Source: Octopus sinensis
Taxonomy: Eukaryota
Reading direction: 5' to 3'
DNA length: 29,636 bases
Assembly (NCBI RefSeq): GCF_006345805.1
Contig: NW_021832878.1
Location: forward strand, 1 to 29,636
The notes under the pieces are model-generated. The model was not told where the DNA came from and ran no database searches. It saw only the letters and a list, made by a program, of their open reading frames with translations. Positions 11,051 to 21,680 of this stretch are shown one piece after another. How positions within the stretch are numbered: the stretch's first letter is position 1; every line of letters starts with the position of its first letter. Both the position numbers and the translations under genes were made by a program.

Positions 11051-11549
11051 AAAATTTTTCTTTCTTTACTTGATCCTGTCAACAGATTGATCCATCTGAA
11101 AAATAAAGCGATTGCTGATTCAAAACTAAATGCGAGGCAATCCTTATCGACACATTCTATTAATTTTACTTTTTCACTTTTTGGTTATAAACAAATTTAA
11201 TGAATTGTTCAATATACTGGCCTCTCCTCTATACCGGACAATTCTGTCGATCCCAAAAGGAATCGGTTTAGAAGGATTTAACTTTACTTGGAAAAATCAC
11301 CTCTCATTAAATACGGAAAGCTTTAATGAAGGTTTGGAGGCCTATGTTGATTGGCACAAACGACTTCTTCCCTCTGTCTCTGCCTTCGATAGGCTAGTTA
11401 TGCCTGTTGTTTGTGCCTGAGTTGCTACCTATAATGTACAACTTTAAGGGTCATAAAAAAGTTTTCTGCTAGTACCAATTAGTTTGTTATTAATTCCACT
11501 TAGTTTGGGTCTAATCTCATTTAGTATGGGAAATAATATAGACTCCGAA

Positions 11550-11830
11550 TTACAATTTCCGCTGCTCTGAATGATGTCATTTCTCGTGCATTCAAGCTGC
11601 GGGGTTCCTCTCCATCCTCGAACCAGCCGGTCTCGGCCTTGCGACGGAAAAAGACTGGACGGAATGACAAACTTTCTATTCCGCGAGAGCCGATCACTGA
11701 TGTGAGAAGGCACCTGCACGAACACGTTTTCAACGTCGAATATGGTCTTGTTGGGCGTGTCCCCAAGACATGCAGCAAACAAGACGGATCACGTGAAAGC
11801 CAACAAATATCAAACTCTCGCAGTCCAAAA
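11550..11830 (+). mobile_element. CRE-like non-LTR retrotransposon 3' fragment
   Basis: Frameshifted AALNDVISRAF...GFLSILEPAGL...DGKRLDGMTNF...GTCTNTFS...KANKYQTL. Confidence 0.75.
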
Positions 11831-11928
11831 CCTTTTTGCCCCTGCCATATATAAATAACATTTAATAAATTTATAATTAGTGCTATTTAAAAATATAATA
11901 ATGTTTAAATATATAATAGTATATTCTA

Positions 11929-12312
11929 ATGAATGGTTACCTTGTGTTTTATAATTTTAAAAGATAATGAATCTTATTTTTCTGAGAATTCATTACATGA
12001 TATCATGCTGCGTAAAGCTATGAATGTAAAACAAGTATTTTTGTTGGTTTAGTTTAAGGTAGCTTTAGATATGAAAGAGGCAGTTAAAGACAGTAAACTC
12101 CTATCTAACAAACTGGTATTATAAAATATTTCTATTACATTTTTAAGCATTTTGCCAGTGAAAGACAAACCTCTTTATTTAAGCAGTCTATTCTTAATGT
12201 TAGTAAAATAGGAAAGTCCGCTCGGAGTTATAAATTTACATTGTATTTGATCATTTACTTGATTATTTTATTTGTTTTTTCTAGATTGATATTTTACATT
12301 ATTTTAAAATAA
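11929..12312 (+). CDS. Tail-anchored SNARE, USE1-like, 98 aa as reconstructed, 4 exons
   Basis: Introns 11936-11963, 12026-12052 and 12116-12147 give an uninterrupted MNDNESYFSENSLHDIMLRKAMNFKVALDMKEAVKDSKLLSNKLHFASERQTSLFKQSILNVSKIGKSARSYKFTLYLIIYLIILFVFSRLIFYIILK*. This is a heptad helix plus C-terminal TM segment resembling the USE1 C-terminus. Confidence 0.65.
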
Positions 12313-12409
12313 AGATTTTTCTATACTTTACTTAACATCAACAAACAATTTATAAATCTTTTTTTATATTAAGTTTTAATATTCAAAATTAATTATTTAG
12401 TATTTAATT

Positions 12410-13355
12410 AGCAGCAGAGGATAAGATTGAATGGCAATTCCCACGCAAGATAGCTATTGATATGCGTTGGAAAAGCCATATCCGTTCCCGAGGATCATTT
12501 TTTCTTCTGCTTGCCAGCTCCCCCATAAGGAATATTGGTACTTTTGTAGTAGTCTACTGTAAAAAATAGTATTATTTTGAAACTCGCTAGAAAGTGGCTG
12601 TAGACTACTACAAAAGTACCGGAATATTTTAGTTCTGGGACCGAGGACTCTCGACGTCTCCACTGCGATCGGGGCAAAGATATGACGGTGCGATAATGCA
12701 CTGTATTTCTTGACTTTTAATGTTTCCGCAAGGTTGGCCACGGAGCCCGGCTCTGTGGCTGACGTAAAGATGTTTCCGTCGGAGAAGGTGTCCGTGCAAG
12801 TTGCGTCCCAGATGAAGGGGAAAGTCGTTAGGCCGTCAGGACGTTTACCATCCTCCCGAACCAGGCCGACCGATTCCAACTGTGATGAGAATCCGGCAGT
12901 TTCAAGAGTCCGCTTGACTATGTCGTGTCGGGGAAAGCGTCCGGAGCTTCTCTGACACGATAATGGGTGCAATCCAAAGGGGTCAACGGTTGATCCACAG
13001 CGGCACCAGTGTTCTCTGCATACGTTTAGCCCCAGGCAGAATGAGACGCCGATCCTCAGGCAATCATCGTCCAATAAGGTTCAAATCGATCTCATAGGGA
13101 TGGCGGTCAATATGGTTGCAAGACGCCCAATAAACAAGCCAAGCTATGTTTGTTAAGCTTAGGCTTGAGGTTGTTTGACTTCTGATCACAGAGAATCCTG
13201 TCCCATTCGTCCTGTGCGTGTGTATTCTGCGGAAACTTAAGAGACAACCCAAGCCAGCGACTTTCTACGGCGACTGACTCTGAGTCCATAAAAGATTCGG
13301 TAACGGGTTGGAGAATCTCTTGGACAAGGGTGCTCGTGGCATGTGTAGAAGAAAG
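12410..13355 (-). mobile_element. CRE-like non-LTR retrotransposon, 5'-truncated and interrupted by a MITE
   Basis: HWCRCGSTVDPFGLHPLSCQRSSGRFPRH (CCHC), EDGKRPDGLTTFP, WDATCTDTFS and FAPIAVETS. The 3' end is nearly identical to the copy at 22663-22866. Confidence 0.85.
12537..12620. mobile_element. 84-bp MITE with perfect 21-bp TIRs and an 8-bp TSD (Merlin-like)
   Basis: The TIR GGTACTTTTGTAGTAGTCTAC is at 12537-12557 and its reverse complement at 12600-12620. GGAATATT flanks both sides (12529-12536 and 12621-12628). The homologous CRE copy near 22790 lacks the insert. Confidence 0.9.
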
Positions 13356-13616
13356 GAATTCATAGTTTTAGGTTAATTTAAAATTGAAAGAAATAAAGAT
13401 TTATTTAAAGAAGCAATCATCTTAGCTGTGATTAAGAAATTTCACAAATTATCAGTTTTTCTTAATTTGCATGTAAAATATTTTTAGAATGTTTAATAAA
13501 CATCGATTATAAAAAAGCTTTTAAACGAATAGTTCTTAAATTTTCAAATAATTATCTGTATTTTATTCAATATTTATTTTAATAGCATAATTTTGGATTA
13601 AATTATTTTTCTTTTA

Positions 13617-13831
13617 ATGACTGGGGAAACAATTAAAGCGGATGGAGATATAAAAATGTGTAAGAATTGCGGAGTATTATAATAATCTGAGCTTCTTATT
13701 AGATCGGATATATGGTAGAAAAATTCACGATTAAGGGAATCGTTTTGGCAATACTTTGCTTTCCTTGCGGCCTCATTTGGTGTTTTTCTGGGATTAAAAA
13801 AGAATGTTCATATTGCAAAAACATTGAATAA
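13617..13831 (+). CDS. BRI3: BRI3-like (brain protein I3/DUF2367) small membrane protein, 61 aa, 2 exons
   Basis: Intron 13674-13702 (29 nt) gives MTGETIKADGDIKMCKNCGIGYMVEKFTIKGIVLAILCFPCGLIWCFSGIKKECSYCKNIE*. The CxxC - hydrophobic (G..LAI..FP.G..C) - CxxC pattern is that of BRI3. Confidence 0.8.
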
Positions 13832-14309
13832 AAAAATTTAATTGAATATATTTGGTTGGGAATTTATTAAAATAAATGTAAAATCTATTTTTTGTAGAGA
13901 TTTTTTATTAAAAAACATAACATTAGTTATTTACCAAAGTTTTTTGTTTATCTAACACCAATCTAATAGTATTCTGAATAAAGATTAATTAATGCACATA
14001 ATTTGTTAATTAAATGATGTTTTAAACATATTTGTTTTCTACGAGTACTTAAATTTTTGCGCTTAAAAGTTTCTGCGCTGTCCGCCTACCGTTCATTAGT
14101 AATAATTTAAATAATATTACTTTTATCTTTTTAATTTTGTTATATGTTCCGGAGCTATTGGAGTATATCCCATTTTATAGCTGATTAGACAGTAAAGATT
14201 CTGTTTAAAAAAATATATGATTTTTCATTGTTTTATTTAAATCATTAATTAAGATAACTAGGTTATCGAATAAATCTGAGAATTTTTGGAATTTTTTGAG
14301 AGGACACAC

Positions 14310-15800
14310 AAAAAAATAAGGTCGGGACTCAATCTAATCGAATAGGTCGTCACTGTCTCACGATTATTTCAGATTAATTCAAGTCATGTATCCAGCTAAG
14401 ATTGCCTATCTAGTTCATTTCTTTATGGTACAACCAGCTCGCTTCTTTTAGGAGACAAAACATCGACGAAGCCATTCCCTCGGGGCGTCTTTTAGATGGA
14501 CGACTTCTGGTGCGGCCCCATGGACTCAATCATCGATAAGTTATCACGGCTAATCCCGCGATTTATTCCCTCTGGTTAGTGGTAAATGCATCGAAAACCG
14601 AAATCCTGAACGTCAACTTCCTTGAGGCCGGTTTTCTTGTGGCCAGCAACCCGATCTTAAATAACCTTTCTAAATTATTTGTTATAGAACTTGCCAATTC
14701 CTCCTTTTTGGGTTTTCCTTTTTAAACTGATGCATTTTGGCGTGGACTGTCCTTCAAAGACGAGGAACTTTGCAAGCTAACATTCGTCTCAACTTTCACA
14801 ACTCATTGTTTATGCTGAAGAGCAGGTTACATATTCTTAAACTCCTATACACACTACGCTGCTTGCCGTCTTGTTTCCGTGCCGATCTCTTTTGAAATTT
14901 CTAGAAATCCCTAAAATCATCAGCTGAGTCGATCCTACTTCAAATTCAATGATATCGGTTGGAGACAGGGAAAACTTTTGATTTTCTACAGCGGTCGTCC
15001 TATCTACGAAATTTTAACGCCTTCCAATATCTTTTGTTGGAAATTCTTGACAAACTCAAACCTCCTACTTCTTTCTGACCTATAAAGACAATCGCACTGA
15101 AATGGACTGTATGCCACTAAGTCTTTTTAAGGGCTAAAGCCCGCGCTCAACCTAGCACTATCTGGCCTACCTCCTTTCTGCTGCACATCAGCGCTATGTT
15201 GCCTGGCTGAATGTATTTCCTTCTGCATCTACAGGAATTCTCCTCGACGATAACTACATCAGAACTGGAGTTACTTTCGGAATCGGTCTAAACTAATGTT
15301 CAAAGCAGCGTTGTCGCAGTGGAAGCATGGTAGATGAAAAGAAAATGCACCTTTCTTCATGCCACCGCAACGCCGACCGTCTTCTCGGATACGCGACTTT
15401 AAATAATGTAGTGTCTTGCGCAATCAAATCTTAGAGTTCCGCTCAATCGTTGAGCCAGCAAACCTCGATCGCGATGATAGCAAGAGACCGGACGGATTTA
15501 CAATTTTCCCATAATGGGAAGGCCGATCACTTGTCTAAGACGCTACCTGCACGGACACGTTCTCAATGTTAAAGCTAACATCGCCGGCCATATCTCACGG
15601 GCACACTACGAACAAAACCGAGCGTATGAAAGGTATCAAATACCAAATTCGCTTGGCAAATCACTTTTTGTCTACGTCGCATTTGATACCTCTGTAGACG
15701 CAGGAAATCTAACCGCGGCTTTTATACACAACAACGGGAGAAGAATTGGCTTTGGAAAAATTACCCTCGGGAATCATTATGGTTTTGGCAAACAATTTCG
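14310..15800 (+). mobile_element. Long, heavily decayed CRE-like retrotransposon (RT, zinc knuckle and RLE)
   Basis: Peptides LYGTTSSLLLGDK, MDDFWCGPMDSII, NASKTEILNV, KLLYTLRCLP, AWLNVFPSASTGILLDD, RCRSGSMVDE..HLSSCHR and EPANLDRDDSKRPDGFTIFP..DATCTDTFS, with many stops. Confidence 0.8.
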
Positions 15801-16138
15801 ATTTAGATTCTTTGCGGAAACAAAAAAGCAATTTTCTCTGCGCAAAACTAACATAATTTTGAAATATCTAAAAACTTTTGCTCTTCTTTTGGAAGCGAAA
15901 TTGATATGTTTGCAAATATAATTAGAATTTATCAGAAGAAAATAGTCAAAAAAATCAACTTGGAAAAGTGCGGTCTGAATAAAACATATACGCAAGACTT
16001 AAATACATTTCATAGAAAACAGATAAAATCTTTATTTTCACTTAGGTAAATTAAAAAGGTTATTAAAAATTATCATTTTTTAATTTACTTTTATTTATAA
16101 CAGTTTATAAATGTTAAATATTAATTTGAAGTCTCGTG

Positions 16139-16605
16139 ATGAAGCTCGTCAGGTTTAGATGTGATTTTAAGTTTTCCTAGTTTTTTAATGAAGTTGAGCC
16201 ACGAAACTGTCACGATTGAATTAAAAAATTCTTCCCAAGTTCATGGAACTATTACTGGTAAGCATCAATCTAATATTAAAATAGGAGTCGACATTTACAT
16301 GAATACTCATTTAAAGACGGTGAAAATGACCACTAAAAGTGGAGACACCTATCAATTGGATACTCTTTCAGTTCGTGGAAACAACATTCGTTATTTTATC
16401 TTGCCCGATAGTTTGCCGCTTGATTCTCTTTTAATCGACGACGGACCGAAGGTTAGGAAGAGAGGAGAAGGTCTTAATATGAATATTCAATTTCGTAGTT
16501 TTGGATAAAGATGACGAACGTCAGCGTAGAAAACAAGAAAATAATATCGTCAGACCCAGAGGACGGGGAAGGGCGCGCGTACGGGGTCGCGGTAGAGCCC
16601 GTTAG
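16139..16605 (+). CDS. SNRPD1: Small nuclear ribonucleoprotein Sm D1, 4 exons
   Basis: [41 protein letters not shown]...[23 protein letters not shown]...[15 protein letters not shown]. Introns are 16153-16180, 16258-16284 and 16471-16498. Confidence 0.97.
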
Positions 16606-16879
16606 TTCTGAGTCGGTGATTATTTACCTTTTGTTATGAATCATTAATTTGTTTATAATAGTCTTCTAAAAAATGAGACGCCTTCATCTTAAAGAAATTG
16701 GAGGAGCTTTGCTCGCTTTTATGCACCACAGCGACCAATCGTCTTCCTATTCGATCTCTTAAAGATAAAGTCTATTTTGTTTCCAAGTTTCATGTTTATT
16801 GAGTGCTACAAGAAATGTTTAGTGCACACATGACTCGATTCTTCTCAAAAATTCATCACTGTTTTTGCAAATTTGATAC

Positions 16880-17885
16880 GCAAAATTTTCATTATCATTT
16901 GAAACCGGAGAGTCCTCCTTAGTTTCATCCGGAGTTCCTGCTTTGCCCAATTGTTAAATGCTTTTTCAAAGCAATTCGTTACTGTTGTTATTATAATTTC
17001 ATCCCACTCTTAAATTATCAATGGTATTGCATCACTAGTTTTAAATTTCTGATTTTTTCATGAAAGTAAAATGTATCCTCTCTTTCAGTTAACGTAATAT
17101 TTTTCATCAAGAGGTTTTTATACTTCGCTATAAAAGATCTGATGATTCCTTGATCAAGAGGTTATATTTTCGAGGTTGTATTTGCGGAAATGGAAAAAAT
17201 CAATATTACTGTATTTTCTATCAATACAATGAACAGATGCGCAGCCTAACATAAGAAAAATGTTTCGATTTTCATTTTTTCATTAAAATTTTTCGCCCAA
17301 ATTTCAAACAAAATACAATTCATCCAAGGTTTTTTGCTGTTGCCATATGTTACTGGAAGTTGTTTAACGAGGATTTTTTGATTTTCCGATGATAAATGGG
17401 TCTAATTTATCCCCCAAATAATTGGTACACAACATAAGTGTAATTCTATCCTTATAAACCTTTCCCAATGCTCTTACATCGGATTGTAGTGTCAACGTCT
17501 TACGTGGCGTGCATTTAAAAAACAATGCGATTTCGTCACAATTAAACACATCTTTGAGACCATAAGATGACATTTTCGGTAAAAAGTCAGCATGGCTTTC
17601 ATATAAAAAGACAGGATTGACTAATTGATCATCTCCTGATATAATACAAGATTTTATTCAAAATTTATTCTTAAAAGAATTAATTCGTGTACTCGAAGCT
17701 TTAAAATTTAGAAATGAAAATTTTTTGCAATTTTATTTTTATTTGTTTTAGCATTGCATTTGTAATAGTATTGCCAAATGATCTTTTATTCTGAATCCAT
17801 TCATATAACGGCATATGAATTGAGGAAAACTTCGAGGAAATTTTGTTAAAATTCTTATTTTTAAAATATGATTCATTGCTTAGGA
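16880..17885 (-). mobile_element. Decayed pogo/Tigger (DDE_1, CENP-B-type) transposase
   Basis: HTH region LYEWIQNKRSFGNTITNAMLKQ, plus DVFNCDEIALFFKCTPRKTL, KDRITLMLCTN, PFIIGKSKNPR, LDQGIIRSF and TVTNCFEKA. Confidence 0.85.
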
Positions 17886-18290
17886 CAGTGGTTGTCAAAC
17901 TTGGGATTTTGTCCAAAGCCTTGGGATTTTGTTTATTGTTCCTAATGGCATGTTGAATACTTTACTGAATTGAGATTGTGTAATGTTTTTAAATTTTGTA
18001 TAGTTAAAAGCTTCGAGGTTTCTTTGGAAATTATATGTTTTCGATTTTTTTGCGTATTCTTACGTGCACACATAAGTGAAATTTAAAAATCGTTTTTGTT
18101 AAATTAAAAAACGTACTGTAATTTTTATTTGCCACACTTTAATATTTGTCTTTGTAATTCCTGAGTTTAAACGTCCTCAAAAAATTTCCACGAAAAATAG
18201 GTGTTTTCAATCATTATGGGAAGAAAAATTCTGTCATTGAGGTCAATGAAAAGGCTTTTTGTCTAATCTGCAATTTTTCATTAACACCTT
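17886..18290 (+). mobile_element. Left end of a Buster/Charlie-type hAT element
   Basis: It starts CAGTGGTTGTCAAAC after the 8-mer GCTTAGGA (central TA). TTGGGATTTTGT occurs twice as a subterminal repeat, and a BED-finger-like peptide IEVNEKAFCLIC lies at about 18236-18272. Confidence 0.55.
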
Positions 18291-18293
18291 ATA

Positions 18294-18463
18294 CAGCGGT
18301 TCCCAACCCGTAGGGTGCGCGAGTTACGCAATGATATTTTGTTCTAAATTATTACAGAAATCCAATTAAGTTTTTTCCTTATATCTCTTCAGTTGGACGA
18401 ATCAACCTGCTTATTTAAGACTCTTGAGTTTGCCCCCTGCCTTCGAAACCTTGGGAACCGCGA
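18294..18463. mobile_element. About 170-bp hAT-type MITE remnant
   Basis: It begins CAGCGGTTCCCAAC and ends TTGGGAACCGCGA (11-bp perfect inverted core). No clean TSD. Confidence 0.5.
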
Positions 18464-18469
18464 CTCTAC

Positions 18470-18610
18470 TTCTCACTGACATTGGTAGGAGAATTTCCTC
18501 AAAAACGAATGACCGGAGGGAGACGAGCTGACTCTTTCAGCTCGGTCGTCGTACTCAGCGAAAACTGCCATTTAATACGCAGTGTGGCGTTGTTGAGCTG
18601 ACCCCCAGGC
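18470..18610 (+). mobile_element. CRE-like 3'-terminal fragment
   Basis: DIGRRISSKTNDRRETS*LFQL...QR matches the C-terminus of the other CRE copies (NDHRERTWLFQQIS). Confidence 0.6.
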
Positions 18611-19239
18611 TCTCGACTATTCTTTGAGTTACTTACTTTCTATAATAATCTGGTATCACAGGCACGTTTACTCTCATAGTACTTTTCTCCGTATTTGGTC
18701 CCACATGGAGTTGTTTTGTTCATCGATAATAATAGAATTCCGCTTTTTCTTCCAATAAGCACGCGTTATTCCAGCTTCTCTTTAAATTTGGCAATTTCTT
18801 CGAATGTGCTTGTTTTATATTTAAAATGCACGAATTCTGTGTTTGTGTTCATGCTGGATGCTGGATTACTGTTTTTCTTAAGGAGATTGACTTATTTTAT
18901 AAATTTGTATATTTCGTCAAAAATGGTTTCTGATTGAGAAGACCGATATAACAGTGATAGATCAAGCTCAATAATTGTTCTAAGTAGATTACCTGCATTT
19001 AGTTTAATTTCTGATTATCTAACGATACGATTTTGCATTTCCTCTTTAATATTTTTGATTACATCCTCTACACCTGTCTTCTAGCACTCCTAAATAACGA
19101 TAGCACAGCACAAAAACCAGCAACCACCCGATTAGGACGTATTTTATTAATAAACCATTATTTACTTAAGTGATGCAACAATTTTTCAATGGATCGTACA
19201 AATTTCTCCAACTTTGGGGTTAGTTTTGATTTTAAATCC

Positions 19240-19620
19240 AGCCATGCCCCATTTTAATGGTATATCTCTGCGTTTTCTCCAAAAGTTAAATGTGTTTCTT
19301 TTCTTCACAACTTTTGAACCATCCTTGAAATCCATAGATCAGGATAGGCTCTATACACGCAGAGTATACGTATAGGAAGGTTTCCGGTTTCAACCAAAAT
19401 CATATAAGAGCTTTCAACATTAAGGTAGCTTTGTTCTTTCTGTTTATTATATAAATTTTAAATGATTCAGATGCATCCAAAATTATTCCGAAATATTTTA
19501 GATTTTCAACTGATTTTATAACTACTGTGTTAATACAAAGATCGGGTTTCCTTCATTTTCGTCTTATTAATGTTAAATACATCCATCTAAAGTGTGCCGA
19601 CAAAACTATCAGCTCTGCTA
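19240..19620 (-). mobile_element. LINE RT C-terminal fragment
   Basis: KSVENLKYFGIILD...KPETFLYVYSACIEPILIYGFQGW...LEKTQR. Confidence 0.65.
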
Positions 19621-20030
19621 CCCATTTTCAAAAAGAGCAGGCCTTAACCAGGGTAATCCTGGTTGCATTTGATTTATTTGATGGCAGCTTCCCTCTTTTA
19701 GAAGAACCGCCAAAAAAGTAAAAATTTAGCATCTTTTTAGTTCTGGTCATTTTTTGTTTAATTAAGTCAGAGAAATAGTCATGGCTCTGAAAAACAATTT
19801 AGATTGCCATTCTTTGCGGGACCACTCAATCAAATCTCTTCGCACAACAATAATTCTTTTTTAACTTTATTCGAGTTTATAATTAAAATTTAAAAATTAT
19901 TTTAATTATTCTAAATAAATTATTTATTGATTTACAACCCTGTGGTTAGTAATACATTTACTGATTTAAGATTCGTTCTATTTTAATATATTAATTTAAA
20001 TGATTTAATAACTTTCATAGATCGAATTTA

Positions 20031-20420
20031 ATGGTTAGAAGTTTCTACGCAGTTAAATTTCTGAGAAATCCCGGTCGACAGATCCGGAAATCTTCAATGG
20101 TTGTTATATAATTAACACAAAGTACATATAGTATGACGAGGAAGCCATAACATGGGTTAATCGAGAAGAGCACTTTACGAAAAAGAAGAAATTTACAGGG
20201 GTAGGCCCAAGTATCTAATCTTCCTAAATTATTCTAATAGTCGAAATGGATCCTCAAAATTTACCTCCTCCGTCTGCAAATATTGATTCAACCGCGTTGT
20301 CTTTTTATCAACAACGACCTTTTTGTAGTGGAAATGGAGGAAAGATATATTGTTCAAGGTATTTAAATACTATAAATTTATTATAGAACACACAATCGAC
20401 GTAGAAAAAAGAAAAATTAG
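20031..20420 (+). CDS. Hypothetical protein, 4 exons, about 99 aa; the 3' end may extend further
   Basis: GT-AG introns 20100-20131, 20211-20240 and 20359-20386 splice into one open frame: MVRSFYAVKFLRNPGRQIRKSSMYDEEAITWVNREEHF...MDPQNLPPPSAN...FCSGNGGKIYCSRTHNRRRKKKN*. Confidence 0.55.
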
Positions 20421-20734
20421 TAATTTCAAATTAATTTTAATCCTTATTGTTTCTCTATTCACTTTTTCAAGTATAAATAGATCCAACGTGCTGTTGTGAC
20501 AAATTTTGCTTTGCTTTAGCGTTTTTGATTAGGGTATAATATCTTCAAACCTTGGACATTATTAAATGGGAAACCAATCCTAGTAAAGTAAGTGCTAAAT
20601 TATTTTGGAGTGACTTTAGAGAAGAATAGCAAATTTAATTAACACATACATGCCAAAAATTGCATGCCAAAAATTGCATTGTTTAAAGTAATAGAAAATT
20701 TTTTAACTTAAGAAATTTTTTGTCTTTAATTTCT

Positions 20735-21133
20735 TTAAATGATTTCTTTAAATGAGGCGATGGATAGATGTTCATTCGGTCCTTGTAGTGCTTTCCGAAA
20801 TCTTTCTTGAATTTTTTCGATTTTTTCACGGTTCTTTTCACTGACAAACCCCCCTTCTACCTTCCTGCTTACATTATTAATTAAAACTCTTCATTATGAT
20901 AAAATCTTTGCCGGAAACAAATGAAGTTTTTCTCGGCGACGGTAAGAGGTTGACAAATGGGATCTGGGAGAACCATCTCCCACCTCTCTTTGCATACAGA
21001 AAAAACTGTAATGAAGATTTGAGGTGTTTGCTTAAAACCATTTGATATATTACTTTAAACAGAGTAGTTTTTAATCTGTTAGACTTTTTTATTAAAATTT
21101 TAATAAATATCACAATCTTGTTATGGCTTCCAT
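20735..21133 (-). CDS. Hypothetical protein, 4 exons, 104 aa
   Basis: GT-AG introns 21076-21113, 21031-21053 and 20865-20887 splice into one open frame: MEAITRLLKTTLFKQTPQIF...RQRFYHNEEKVEGGFVSEKNREKIEKIQERFRKALQGPNEHLSIASFKEII*. Confidence 0.55.
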
Positions 21134-21269
21134 GAAAACTCACTTAATTAATAAAAAGAAACTAATTAGCTAATTAATTGTTTAACTAAATCCTGAGCTT
21201 TGAAGTAAACAGGGAGTTGGACTCCATGCACCTTCTTCCTCCTCTTCTCTGGTTCTGTAGACCTCCTAG

Positions 21270-21680
21270 AATATGCAATCTAACGCTCCTCGCTGACTAT
21301 ATGTCAGGAAAGGACTCTAACCCCGAAGACTGAGTAAACAGTTTAATATCGACTATGAATATGAGATGGTTAATGCTATAACACTTTTGATTATGCTCGA
21401 TCGACATTTGTTCGAATTAGGCAGTGAGGACTCTGCACACCAGTTCTAGACACACGAAAAACAGCAATGGGAATATGCTGTCGCTATGTAATGTGCTCCT
21501 TTCTAGCATTTGTTGTAGTGTGGATGCACATTCCATCTGTCCAGCACAGTTGCAAAAAATTTTATAAACCATAAAGAAGTCTTCGCAAACACTCAACGGA
21601 GTAGGCATTGTCAACATTTGCCTTTTTTACATCCACCCACATCCACTAGATCAAACTATTAAAAGTTGCTAAAAAATTAT
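21270..21680 (-). mobile_element. RT fragment of an RLE-type (R4/NeSL-like) non-LTR element
   Basis: WVDVK, LHSDSIFPLLFFVCLELVCRVL (degenerate QGDSLSPLLF) and SINHLIFIVDIKLF (degenerate NHLLFIDDLKL). Confidence 0.7.

Noticed and set aside
11130-11420. 96-aa ORF MRGNPYRHILL...
   Set aside because: It has no recognisable motif or splice support and sits among mobile-element debris.
14040-14215. Minus-strand mini-gene MGYTPIAPEHITKLKDKSGQRRNF with one 35-nt GT-AG candidate
   Set aside because: It has only 24 codons and one junction, which could arise by chance.
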